From assembly GCA_002633005.1 (NCBI GenBank), contig NMRA01000287.1, forward strand, positions 455,874-519,873: a stretch of DNA of 64,000 nucleotides. The letters run 5' to 3'. Within the stretch, counting starts at the first letter, position 1; each line of letters begins with the position of its first letter. Both the position numbers and the translations under genes were made by a program. Below are positions 15,527 through 27,000 of this stretch, one piece after another. The notes beneath the pieces were generated by a model. That model made no database searches. It was not told the origin of the DNA and saw nothing but the letters and a program-made list of their open reading frames with translations. Source of the DNA: Phoronis australis (taxonomy: Eukaryota > Animalia > Phoronida).

Positions 15527-18500
15527 TGTGTGTGCGCGCATTTGCGTGTGTGTCGCCAGGAGAACATTCTTTATGGCAGCTTTCTATAAAACCAAGACAC
15601 CACGAAAAAAGACTTGTGTTATTTCGGGTGTTTGTTCCTCAGTTGTGTTCACACGCGTTCCTCTTCTTTTAGTTCTCTGGCAATGCAAATCCTACTGGCG
15701 TTGCCTACCAGACTTTCGACGTCCCGCAGGTGGCGCGCTATGTTCGGTTGCAACCGATTGACTACCATCATGCAAAGGCCATGAGGATCGAAATATTTGG
15801 ATTTGACACTTCCGGTGAGTAATGTCATCAACAAATGATTATTTGCTATACCATGTTTTACAAATAATCTCCTGATAACTAATTTTCTAATTTTAATTTT
15901 GTTCTTTAAGATGTTTATGGTCGCATACCAGTAATAGATTCTCCAGAAAGATGATCACGTGTTGGTCGGTGGATCCTGTTTATTGAAAGGTGCAAAATAT
16001 TCCAGAATCCATCTCACATAAGCAAAAGTGTAATATCTGAAAATGTTAAAAAGATAAGTGAATTTCGAATACTATAACCGACATGAAGTAGCATCAAGCC
16101 AACTGGGTTAAAGTTAACCCGCTGTCCAAACTTGTGTTTATACATGTATGCATGCAGTTACAAACTGAGCAGGTCTTGTTCCGGCTTCCAACCAATCGTC
16201 GGGTTTCGTGTACTCTTATCGTTGAATTGTCTTTTTGGTACATGTATGTATTTCAAAATTCAATGCATTTTTGTACACGTTCACGTTTTCAAAAATGGCG
16301 CAGAGAAACGGTTAATTTGTAATTACACGTGTGTTATTAGTGTCTGCAAAAACATATTTTGCAGTCGAACAACTTTTTAACGCCCTTTGTGCAGTATAAG
16401 TAACATGATACTGCCGGTATACCGTTTGAGAAGACAGACTTCAGTTTGTTGTTGTGTGAATGTATGCATTCGACTGACGAGTGACTGACTTCGAGTGACC
16501 ATGTGACTACCTAAGACTATCATGTGATTGTTTGTGCCGCACAGAGATAATGGTTTTGGACGAGCAGATGAAATTCGTTGGGAATTCAGCCATTGACGTG
16601 GGTCATGATTTGCCGCTCCAGGTGTACGATTATTCGCTCTCGTTTATCTTCCGGACGACATCAGACCGCACAGTGTTCCTGTCTAGACAAACTGCAGGTA
16701 AGGAAACTGTCAGAACACACGCAGCAAAAAGGTGATGGTTATCTGTGCATAATTTACATGTAGGTTGTAGGCCACAGATATCAGGAACATATACACTATG
16801 CTTGATGGCATTTACATGTGGCATATAAGTCGTGGGTGTCATTTGTATGTAGACTAAGGAATACATGTTTCATTCACGTTTAGACTATAGGTCGTTGATG
16901 TCATTCATGTATATAGGCCTTGAGCGTCATTTACGTGTAGGCTGTAGGTTATGGGTGTCATTTAGACGTAACTTATTAGCCATGGGTGTCATTAACATGT
17001 AGAATATAGGTCAATATGAGTGGCATGATATGTGCACTATTCCGGCCGGTATGCAGCATGGCGCGGAGGGTGGTTCGAATTTCTAAAACAATTGACCTTT
17101 ATACTCTTTTACGAATGTTTGTTTTGAAAGTCATTACCTTCAGTTCAATATTCCCAACTGCTTTGTGTATAACTATATTTGATGAGCTCTCCTAGTCTTT
17201 TTTCCTACAAATTTAAATTACATTTATCAAAAAATTTTGTAATTCTGATTATATCCATCTCTCTGGTGGGTCCGTCGTCAGCGGCCCCTTCGGGTCGTTC
17301 ACGGACACTTCATAAGCGTTATTTTGTTTCAGTTGTAATTTTTGTCTTAATGTGAATCGAGTGTATTACTACTACTACCTTTGATCATATTTTGCAAACG
17401 GCTGTAGCGCCCTTAGGCAGGTAATCCCGGCAGGAAGTAAATCTGTATACACGACAACGACTCTTTACGAATCCATTTTTTGTGAAAAGACGGAATTCGT
17501 AGGCCCAATCCAAGACATGTGGATGCCATGACGGTTAATGGCAAAAACGGGATCCAAATTCCGGATGTATTGTGGTCGAATTAGTTATTGTTTTGGATTA
17601 CAGCACGCCACCTTGTGCCAAACGTCCTAATCAGGTGCGATCTTAGCAATAAGTGATTATACTCCGTTACATATTCGGACACAAACATTGAATTCGAGAA
17701 TGACTTGAAGAAATATTTGTCAGATGACTTATCAGTTGCCCGTAGCTTTGATGGAAATGGGACCAGCCCACTAGTACTCCGAATACTCGGAATATAAACT
17801 ATTCCGGACTTAGGTGTAATTTTCATAATCCTTTATGCAAAATACACATTTCCGTTTAGACGCAGTGAACTACCTAGTTATGATACTAAGAACAACGACA
17901 TGGTATTTTGGATTTCCGAGGTATACGAAAGTGGGCTCCAAAGCAATTCTTATGAATACAAAAAAATGAAAGCGTACTTGCATTTTGAAGTAAACTCTAC
18001 AGTAGAACGTCATTAGAAACACGCCCATGGACTGCTCGGAACTAAGTGTAGTAGTATCCCTGCCAGTCTTCACCAAGTCAGAATGTCACATTCACTATTC
18101 CCGTAAGTCTCTGCAACCCTGAAATGAAATAACTTTGTGCCCCCAATGTTCCCACTGTTTTGAAAATGAGTCGTTTTACATTCAAGAATTATTGGAACTG
18201 AGCTCATTTGCAAACAATGCAATCGTTTACATGTAGACTTCAATAGATTAGGTCACGGGTATCATTTACGTGTAGACTACACGGTGTATGTGAAAGCTGT
18301 CGTTTACATGAAGACTACATGTCATGGCGACAGTCCTCGTCCGTGCGCCCAAGTTGAACCAAAATAAACCTTGTGATCACCTAGGACTCTTTCAATTTCT
18401 CACAACTCTGTCTGTTTCCATAGTAACGGAATATTCTGAGAGAAAAACATATTTTAATTCGGCGCTTAAATTTAAAGAATGGCAATTTGATTGTTTTTAA

Positions 18501-21500
18501 ATGTTATCCTTGTCTTAATATTACATGCAATGTTATGCAACAGCTGGAGCACCGTGGACACAGCAGGCCAAACAGTTTGGTCTTAAAAACGGCAAGTTAT
18601 ACCATGAAACCTATGGGGTTGCGCCGGTTGGTAAGTGATATGCGTAGTTTTAGCATTTGTTCTACATACCAAGACGAAATTACATGCACTTGGTGCATTT
18701 CGGTATGTCTAGTCTAGTGTGTAATGACCACTGTGCAAATATTAATATATGATATATCGGATCATTGTATGTATGCGGCAGATGGAAATGTTAATCCACC
18801 ACACTTGTCGAGCTACACACTCTAGTCTCTTCTATTTGCACGACGTTTCAGAGGGCCAGACTCCTGTCGCTGATGGGTGTGAGCACCACGCTGTTTTTAC
18901 ATTTGAGGCTGCCACTGGCAGGTAATGACAAGTGCACATAGAAAATACATGTATATGTGCATGAAAATGCAATTTTATAAACAGATCAAATGTGTTTGAT
19001 ATCAGTTGCTAGTTCCCATCGCCATTACGTTCAAGTCAACCGTAGACACTGTCATTTGTTGGACTTAGCCGAATTTGGAAACGAAATAAAATCTTCTCCT
19101 CAAATTAAACGATTCGCACAATGTCCCGGGACGTCTTTCAACCACGTTACATCGAAATACATGGTCAACGAAATTTGCCTTTTACATAAAACTCCCTAAG
19201 AAATATGTCTGTTAGTCAGTACCAGGCGTTGTTTACATCACTTGACCACGTAGTCAGCCACGCTACTTTCGCTTGCACCCGGCAACTGGATAATACCCGT
19301 TGAATCTGCATAAACATACTTGAAAACTGCGTTAAGCCATCAATTTTCTGTGAGCGAAATAAATTTGACTCATTCTTTCTAAAAGCAGTATATGTTTACG
19401 CAGGACCTGTAGAACCTAGCTAAAATCTAGACAAAGTCAGGAGTTCTCTTTTAAAATACTCCACATTATCGTACGTAATCTCGCGAAGTCTTGCTTTTTA
19501 TCGAGGTCCTGAAGTTACTGAACGGGATCCTGTTGTCCTTTAACGTACACGAGCCTATGGTTTCTGCCTCCATCTTGAAAATGCAATTACGTACAGTAAA
19601 CAAAACATTTACATGCATTTCCCATGTTATAGGCCAGCAGACAAAGCCGAAATCCGGTATTAAAAACTAACCGGAGGAAGTCCAAAGAACCGGTAATGTT
19701 CACCGTGTGGTGGAATAAGTTTTTAAGGCGCTGTTTTAGTCATTTAATCACCATTTCAAGAGAAATCAGCAATTTGTTGTCCGGTTCCCATAAAGCTCAA
19801 GGTAAACTCCCTATTTCTCCGCCACACTGAACTCAAAACTACTGCGTGTGTCAAGTAGTAAGAACTAATATCATCGTTAATAAGGTGTGGACCAAAGAGT
19901 TAGTCTACCTGTTCCACACAGCACTGATCACATGTACGTGTAGCTCATGACGTAATCGCAAACTTCAAACTGCATTAAACCAACGAAGGGACTGTGAATC
20001 TCCATTTGTCCCGTGATTTGTGGTGTACGTATTAAGAGGAATATTAACGAAGGGCAAAGTGTCCCACTTACAAACATGACACCTAACGAAAGGGTATTCA
20101 AAGGTCGAGAACTTTGAGACAGTTATCCATAAAAGGGGCAGTCGCCTTTGCCTCTAAGCCACTCTTAGCAGTACATGTTTGTGTCAAGGTGGAAAACATG
20201 AGTGCCGAGCAAAACATATTTAAAAAAAAAACGCTTTCTATAAGATTTAGTCTCGTGAACTTAAGTACAGAAGTGCATACCCAGTATCCCATAGGACTAT
20301 AGACGTTAAATGCCAATCTTGATCTCCTGCGGCTGGTCTTTTGCCACACAAGGATAGGATTTGTGTGTATTTATTTGCCCCGTAATTTTCTCGCTATGGA
20401 ACGTAGGGTTTAGGATGATTTTTTTAGTGCAAACGATGTAAATTGAGAGCCAGTTTCACTGAAAACGGACTCCCCACAAAGTCTGTCTGTATTTTTGGAA
20501 TATGTTGCAGTTAAGTGGCCATACACATTGTAAAACGGATTATTACTTGTTTGCAAATCCGTAAATTGAGAAAATGGTCTACCTGGTGGGTGTAACTTAA
20601 AGCCAGTTAAACGTTTTCCAAATAGATAGAAAGTACATAATTTCCATCTGAACTAATACGGTGTTAAAATCCTGTAGCTACGAACGATGTCTAATATAAC
20701 ATTAGGCCACTGGTAAAATGTCACCATTTTTCTCACGAAAACTATGTGCTACTCATTCTTTTTCAAACAAATTCCACAAGAACCATACTTTTAGGAAACC
20801 ATTCACCAGTTCCTGATAGCGTTTGGCTATACCAAAAGCAAATATAAACAACTGTCTTCATAAAAAGGATAATTTTGTATACCTGAGAACAATACTATTG
20901 TGCAAGAACGAGAACAGCTCGGTATTCTGATTGAAAACTCACTAATGAGGTGAAACTAAACCATAAAACGCTGAAATGCAGTTTTATCGGCATTTTTCAA
21001 AAGTCACGGAGGCTCCCGAAAACCAATGCGAGAATCAATAGTGCAGTTCCAAAAGACATCAATTTGAGATTTTTGGTGAATTTCAAAATCACTTCTCGCC
21101 ACGCTTCCTGACTAAAGCTTTTTATGGATTTCTGAGACAAAACTAACCATCAACAATGCTATTATTCTCTTTGTTTTCTTTAATAGCGAAAGCTTTTGCT
21201 AGGTGTTAAGCCCAAAGTATCGTCTTCGAAGCTGCATTAGTGAAAACGCAATAACATTTTTGAAAGTGCTTAGAGACTGATTTTCGCATCAATTGATTGA
21301 CGTACGAGAGAATCATGCCCACCATCGGACTGAGTGCTCCTGCGGACTAGTTCACCTTCGGACTACAGTCATGTAACCCCAAAAACTAGGGTGTTATGGG
21401 ATTTGCGCAAAATAACAGAGTGTAATACAAGAACCCTTTGCTGACACAATTTGAATGAGATTTGTGTTTGTTTTTTATTATTATCATGTTATTATTTCCC

Positions 21501-24500
21501 TATATTTAACTGTGTTTTGATGTTCGTTATTTTCTTGATGTTATCGCTTATTACAATAACTTTTTACTTAAATAATTGATTACAAACGAGCCTACATATA
21601 TTGTATCGTTCTTGACGAATGTTTTGAACTGCGATTGTGTTAAATCAGATTTTAATGCAAACTGCTGTTTCAGGTTTACATTTTACTTGGATGGAAAACT
21701 TGAACAAACCAACCAATCTGATCCAGCGCCCGCCATGAGTAGCGACAACGCAACACATAAAATTTACTTAGGTAAGCATCGAGAAAAAATCAGACGACCT
21801 GATTGAAAACAATGTTTGCAAGCAATGGAAAAAATGATTTCCGAGATGACATTGGTCTGTGGTGTTGTTATCCTCGTTATCTGAAATATTTGGTACAGGA
21901 AGTGCCAGCTGACGTTTAAATTCAACTTACGAGCAGTAAGCATTGTCAACATAAGTTCGATACTTGTCATTCTGAAAGTGACCAATTTCGAGATTTTTGG
22001 TCATGTGGTGTTCACTGAGCAATGATAAACAACGACTATAAGATGATAATCCAAATCTATACGTGAGCCAACATAAACACCTGTGGTACGACTTCACCAC
22101 TGTGGTAACTTCATGGAGGTCACGCGATATGTGAACATAAGGAACCAATAAGATTCGTTTATTGCAATAAGGTGTAACTAAATCAGAAAATACGAGCTGT
22201 GGGGATTTAATAGACCCTAGATGTACCCTGGATACGCCTATGCGGATTAATCATCGTAAATCACTGTGTCTTCATTAGTAAAATTTAAATTATGGTTCAT
22301 TTTGCGAATAGAAACAAAGATAGCTTAATGTTGAATTTTACTGGATATTCCGTAAATCCCAACCCACTGATACGTTATATCTGTGGCACGTTTTTCCCCG
22401 TGTGTGTGTGGGCACATGTTGTTACCGACTGGTGCTAATAGCTTTCGGTGCGATTGTAGACCGAAGACTGGTTCGATTTAATCCTTTATTAATACGGACT
22501 GTACATGTACGTTCACAAGCCTACACAAACTGAACGTCCGACGTAATGCCAGTTCTATGATCCAGCCAGTGCTGCGAAGCCTTGACTTGTGATGAACTGC
22601 TGAGACACGTGCAGCAAATGTTCCACTCGCTGATCCAGTTAACCTGTTGTCTTTATATCTGGCTGTCTATTCACTCTCGTCATAACTGCTGATTCTCTTC
22701 ACTGTAACTCAACTGTATTTCTCTCAACTGTTTAACTGTTAACTGCTTTACCACTGAACTGACTAATACAAACCCGTGCTTGTGTACAGTGTATTTATAG
22801 TCTAATACATTGTTCTTGAATTTTTCAACAATTCAAGCACATTCTAGAACTTTACTGAATCTACCCAACCATTCTACAAACATGTACTAGTCTCTAGAAT
22901 ATTCCAGACTGCATGAATTACTGTCATGCTAGAGTCTTGTAAAAAGTTCCACACTATACTGTAGTAAACAAATTACATCATAATTGTTGAACTCAGTCTA
23001 CTAGAAAGTTCCATACTTTTCTGTAGCAAACAAATTCTACCATCCCTGCTTAACTCAGGGGTCATGCCAGTCAAACAGAACAACAAAACAAAACAAAACA
23101 AAACAAAACAATACAACTAAAACAGTGTCAGTCTATATTCTGACAATCTGTGATGCTTAGCGAACCTCCATTTTGCCATTTTCAGACTGCAATACGTCAT
23201 TAGTTGGAAATATTTACAGGCAATGCTGCTGATCTATATATGGTGGGTGAGCTCCGCCAGGTGGTGTATTTCTTCTATGTTTTGAACGCAGCGCAGGCCA
23301 AAAGGGAATGGAAAAAAGGTATATACTGACGTTTTTGCGATAGTGATCAAGTTTTTGTCGGTATTCATGGTTTACCAATCGCATTGCGTGAACGTGACAC
23401 GTGCTTCAAGACAAAACGGTGTATGTTAATAATACGTCTGTACATTTCATTAACTTTCAAAATTAACGTGTTTGAGGGAAAATTTTGCTCAAAACAGCTT
23501 TTTATTGTATTGAAAGTGTGGATAAGCTATGCTTCTCCCCGTAACCTTTCCTGGGAGTAGACCCCGAGGTCGTGTGCCAAACGCTAAGAGGTGGCCGTGG
23601 CCCTCAGAACCGCCATGCTGGCCGCATGCTGTCCTTAAGCCACAGGTTGACCATTGAACATGATGTAGCTGAGCTGTATTTACTGTAAAGAGTTCCCAAC
23701 ATGACCCTGTGTCTCAAAAAGCATTTTATTTATATATCCTTGGATATTTAATGGCCTTAAGTGTACCTGTTTCAAAGAAACAAGCCAAAAAGTTAAATTT
23801 TATAAATAAGGGACAAACTGCTTCCATTCCAATAGATTGCCGTAATTTCGGTTGTAGGTGGGGTATTTAAGCGATTCCAAAAAACTAAGCACGATCAGCA
23901 TTGGACGAAGAATTCAGAAATGCTACTGGTTTCTGTTCAAATATGTTATACCTTAACTTTTATTTTTAACAGCACTACCCGGTCAGGCTAGATATGATCT
24001 TATTAAAGAGTAGAGAAATTATCAAACAAAAAAGCTGGCTCTCCATAACTCAATGCCAGAATGGAGTTAATCATCCGTTTAAGGTATTGGCTACAGGGTT
24101 GTTCTTCCCAAGTTTTTGCTGGGATATAGAATCGAACACGTTGGGGACAACGGGAAAACGCCGTAATACGACCACCCCTTGGTTCAGTCGTTTTTTTTTT
24201 TAATTAAAAAAATCGCAACCATTTGGAAAACAGGTAGTTACTTCGTTCGATTTTATGGTATTCAATTCGTATTAGCTAAATGAAACTTTAACAACTAAGA
24301 CAAGCCATAGCGGGTATTATTTAAGTTCATCTCCGGTATTTACATGTATCTTTGTTTCTTTGGCTGCTACGCCTAACGTGGCAGCATAGACACCGGGCAT
24401 GTCAAGTTTAATGACTGATGAGAGTGAACTGCTTTCTTGGTATTAGGGAAGACCTGCATATAAGCACATTTTCTTCAAGTAAGACTTATTATGTGACTCA

Positions 24501-24971
24501 ACCACTTGCATTGTAGAATGGAGTAGTAATCAAACGCTACCCCAGATTCTAGGAAAAAGCAACGCTCCAACAACTTTCAGAACGAAGAGCGGCGTCCGAT
24601 ACATGGCAGTCTCTGATGACGGTGTAAAAGAGGCAACTTCTATTTTCAAGTGGAATCAGACAACCAGGCGACTTGATTACTTAGAAAGTCTGTCCAACCA
24701 TGGGAAAGGATATTCAACGTTTTTTGAAGCCGGCGACCAGTTATATTTTGTGGCGCCTCAGTCCAACCGTTCGTCAGTCATTTATAAACTTGGTACCGAT
24801 GGTCGTTTATATGAGCATGCGCAACTGAATGGGACCGACTGCATGTCGTGGCTGTCATTCCACCGTGATGGTTATTTGTTTATAGCTCAGTTGAATAGTC
24901 GCAGTAATGGTTATGGCGACGGTGACCTACGTACACCCGAAGGAACCATTAATTTGTACAAATGGACCTAA
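1467..24971 (+). CDS. Spliced gene model (5'-partial, 13 exons, 672 aa): EAR/EPTP-like repeat + 2x discoidin F5/8 type C + laminin G-like + ~3 EAR/EPTP-like repeats; probably extracellular
   Basis: Exons 1467-1605, 6385-6593, 9571-9678, 10358-10499, 10826-11034, 12623-12730, 15673-15814, 16545-16697, 18544-18630, 18852-18921, 21674-21771, 23220-23318, 24517-24971 total 2019 nt = 673 codons with compatible phases and no internal stop. All acceptors are AG; donors are GT except one GC. Domains were assigned by motif recognition. Confidence 0.85.
3760..3830 (-). mobile_element. tRNA-derived SINE head / tRNA pseudogene, copy A
   Basis: Minus strand has A box TAGCTTAGTGG and B box GGTTCGATTCC with tRNA spacing; acceptor stem does not pair. 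Confidence 0.6.
4000..4072 (-). mobile_element. tRNA-derived SINE head / tRNA pseudogene, copy B
   Basis: Minus strand TAGCTCAGTGG ... CCGGCAATC ... GGTTCGATTCC; homologous to the copy at 3760-3830. Confidence 0.6.
6385..6593 (+). CDS. Exon, discoidin domain 1 N-part (ALGVEDYTIP...YVQVDLGRLYYVTKTATQ)
   Basis: ttttaag| acceptor, CAG|gtgaga donor; QVDLG...TATQ(G) discoidin motif; 209 nt. Confidence 0.92.
8040..8404 (+). mobile_element. Remnant of a DNA transposon carrying a HIRAN-like domain fragment, with a Tc1/pogo-like right end
   Basis: Peptide NAADKYAASL...VVGHIPRKSSKTSAYFLNRG resembles the HIRAN N-x-x-D...VGHxPR motif; the end gggcgcttattagggcgaatagcgg resembles CCGTA-type TIRs. No left TIR identified. 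Confidence 0.55.
9571..9678 (+). CDS. Exon, discoidin domain 1 middle (GHRTSEQWVTRLKIFTSTDGNNFDC...)
   Basis: tttacag| acceptor, GCG|gtatga donor; QWVT...S.DG motif; 108 nt. Confidence 0.92.
10358..10499 (+). CDS. Exon, discoidin domain 1 C-part (FTGNSN...ARYVRMQP...LRIEVYG)
   Basis: tattcag| acceptor, AAG|gtaggt donor; FxGN, ARYVR and LRxExYG motifs; 142 nt. Confidence 0.93.
10826..11034 (+). CDS. Exon, discoidin domain 2 N-part (AFGIRKGVIP...SSWIP...VDLGKLRVITKTALQ); GC donor
   Basis: ttccag| acceptor; ends CAG|gcaagt at the same codon as the paralogous exon; also 209 nt. Absent from the ORF track. Confidence 0.88.
12623..12730 (+). CDS. Exon, discoidin domain 2 middle (GRGIYDQYVKTLKILLSQDGPDYYC...)
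   Basis: ctcacacag| acceptor, GTG|gtaagc donor; 108 nt like 9571-9678. Confidence 0.92.
12877..13026. mobile_element. PIF/Harbinger-type MITE (150 bp)
   Basis: Imperfect TIRs GGCTGAATTGCATAAA / TTTATGCAACTGGGCC flanked by a CTG direct repeat. Confidence 0.65.
13320..13740. mobile_element. MITE-like element with internal inverted motifs
   Basis: Ends GTCCCGTTTAGA / TGTAAACGGCAC; ACACGGAGCAAATTGAC near the left end recurs inverted near the right end. TSD unclear. Confidence 0.5.
15485..15553. repeat. (GT)n microsatellite
   Basis: Directly visible. Confidence 0.95.
15673..15814 (+). CDS. Exon, discoidin domain 2 C-part (FSGNANP...ARYVRLQP...MRIEIFG)
   Basis: ttcttttag| acceptor, CCG|gtgagt donor; 142 nt like 10358-10499. 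This frame is not in the ORF track. Confidence 0.93.
16545..16697 (+). CDS. Exon, laminin G/ConA-like domain start (MKFVGNSAIDV...YSLSFIFRTT)
   Basis: gcacag| acceptor, CAG|gtaagg donor; FxGxS and SFxFRT motifs typical of LamG. Confidence 0.88.
16735..17040. repeat. Degenerate ~30-bp minisatellite (catttacatgtagactataggtcatgggtgt-like); related units at ~18225-18325
   Basis: About 10 periodic recurrences of gtcatttacatgtag/ctataggtc variants. Confidence 0.7.
18544..18630 (+). CDS. Exon, LamG-like (AGAPWTQQAKQFGLKNGKLYHETYGVAPV)
   Basis: caacag| acceptor, TTG|gtaagt donor; phase 1-1; LxNGKL motif. Confidence 0.82.
18852..18921 (+). CDS. Exon, LamG-like (EGQTPVADGCEHHAVFTFEAATGR)
   Basis: tttcag| acceptor, CAG|gtaatg donor; phase 1-2; VADGxxHH equivalent of the LamG DGxWH motif. 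Confidence 0.85.
21674..21771 (+). CDS. Exon, LamG-like (FTFYLDGKLEQ...HKIYLG)
   Basis: gtttcag| acceptor, TAG|gtaagc donor; phase 2-1; YLDG and IYLG motifs. Confidence 0.88.
22384..23145 (-). mobile_element. Solo-LTR-like element, copy 1 (762 bp, intronic, antisense to the host gene)
   Basis: TG...CA termini and perfect 5-bp TSD ATCTG; minus-strand TATAAATA (22792-22799) and AATAAA (22485-22490); homologous end to end with 28240-29000. Confidence 0.75.
22813..23011. promoter_or_regulatory. Heat-shock-element (nGAAn inverted repeat) cluster in LTR copy 1
   Basis: TTCttGAA, TTCtaGAActTTActGAA, GAAtaTTC and GAAagTTC immediately upstream of the minus-strand TATA box. Confidence 0.6.
23220..23318 (+). 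CDS. Exon, LamG-like end (GNAADLYMVGELRQVVYFFYVLNAAQAKREWKK)
   Basis: tttacag| acceptor, AAG|gtatat donor; phase 1-1; GxLxxV...L motif of LamG/pentraxin-like C-termini. Confidence 0.82.
24517..24971 (+). CDS. Terminal exon, ~3 EAR/EPTP-like beta-propeller repeats (ending SIFKWN, SVIYKL, INLYKWT*)
   Basis: ttgtag| acceptor in phase 1, open to TAA at 24971; repeated F-x-x-x-G-x-x-Y/F...S-x-I-Y-K-W pattern as in LGI/TSPEAR EAR repeats. Confidence 0.85.
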
Positions 24972-27000
24972 CAAGTGCCATGTCCTCTAGTTCAACAAAA
25001 TGTACAAGTACTAATATCAGAAGGCCTGATACAGAAAATTTAAACAACGGTTCGATTGAAGACACCAGCACAAGCTTTCAATCGAATGTTTAGTTGTATC
25101 ACTGTACATTTTTAAAACGAAGTGTGTCACATGAATGGTTGGTCACAACAATATTGTATGTCTGTGTTTAACCACCTCCCACGGGAAATAGGGCGTAAGC
25201 TCGTCGCATTGATATCGGTAGATAGGCGTATCTATTGTTCACTTCGTTTTTCCTTCTTATAATCATGATAATGATAAACATTTATCGGTAACCAGCCTAT
25301 GAGCGCCCCAAGTACGATATCCTTGCGACCTGTACGTTGATATCTAACAAAGACGAAACAAAGGAAAACAATGGTAGTGTCCCATAAGAGATAACCATGC
25401 GACACGCTTACGCCCGTGGCATGGATCTGGCAAGTGAAACAATAGCTTACGAATCCATATAACATCATTTTCCATGGGCTGGGGTCGCTGTGCATTCGCG
25501 TTCGATGAGTACTCATTTCGAATTATCTTTGGTTTAGTTAGAGACGTGGATTTTATCAGTTGCACTACCGCCTTTGGAGCGACATTTCACGAAAGAACTG
25601 CAAGTATTTGCCCTTGAATGATATTTACGAAGCTGCGATTCTTGGTTTATGTTTCAAAAATTTTCACCCCTGAATATCTTTGTTAGGATTAATGTAAGTT
25701 TAATTTTGCGATGCATTAAATTCTAGTTGTTACGCTTTTATGATGCCCTCTATCCAACCTGGCATTCAGGTTCTACTGTCAGGTGACTTATTAATAAGCA
25801 ATAAATGTTGGTGTGAATATTATAATTGATAACGTCACCATTGCAATGCTACAACTCTCCCGAAGCGAGACAATAATTAATTTTCTTGTAGCGGATAGTG
25901 TATTTGTTGTGAACATTTAAATGATGGAAACTATTGCAAGGACGTTATTTGTGTAACAGATTACCATTAATCATAGCAATGTAAGGTAACACATTATTGT
26001 TTTTTGTTACTGTGCTCAACATGACATCTCCAATACAGCTACTTCGAACCACTGAAGTTCGATGGATGGATGATTAAGGAGTTGCATTGTGAGAGAACCG
26101 TGTGTATTGGAGGAGTTTGTGTGAAGCTCTATTATTATTTTTGTTATAAAAGATTGTCTCTATATCATTTACTTAGTAAAAAAGACCGAGTAGCATAATT
26201 GTCGGAATACTTTATATTTATTTTTTTTCTAGAAAAATGTATGTTGTTCTGTGTTTCTGTTGTTTTCTTGGTTAAAAGTGAAGTCGTGACGTCATGCGTT
26301 AAAATCAAGACCCGTATTCAACCTAACTTTTCTCGCGAGTGCTTTTAGTGTACGGAATGCTGGCCTATAGACACTGGATTCCACCAGTTCACTACGGAAA
26401 TAGTCGTGGGTGGAATAAATTAGTGGATACTGAGGGTGGCTGCGAGAGTAGAGAACGCTCTGGTGTTTGTGGAAGGTCGCTTGCAGGTGTGAAATGTCAA
26501 CTTGGAACCGGTTTTCTATCTATTTGGTTTTCAGTAGCTGGTTGCGAACCTGATACGTCTCCTCTTTATCTTCCGCCTAGTGCAACGGGAATATATTTAT
26601 AGTAGGACCCATTTCGACCGTGTGTCTGCTAGGATGTTCCGTACATGTACCAAACTGATAACGCCTCGGCTTTATCCCGACTAACCGCTCAGTGAAGTTG
26701 GGTAGTCATTCTACAGCGCGGGTGTATAAACTGAGCGCAACGCGTATCCCTGTATATTGAGTTTTCTTTCAAGCATTCAAGAAAGCAGAATTCTGAATTT
26801 CCGTAACGGACATTGTCGCTATTTTGCGATTGAAGGAAAGAAAATTCCCCGTTTTTAGTTTCCTAGCGTTCATCTTCTTGGAATGCTCTCATACGCATAA
26901 CTCCTCTTAAACTTCAAATTTCCAAACTTTCAGAAAAGCATGCTTGCGGAATGCTACTTTCTACCCTCAAATATCTAAAATAATGTTTTGTTCAAAACAG

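Noticed and set aside
15245-15761. ORFs with CVCVCV/HTHTHT runs (also 44026-44301)
   Set aside because: Translations of microsatellites; the true exon at 15673-15814 is in another frame.
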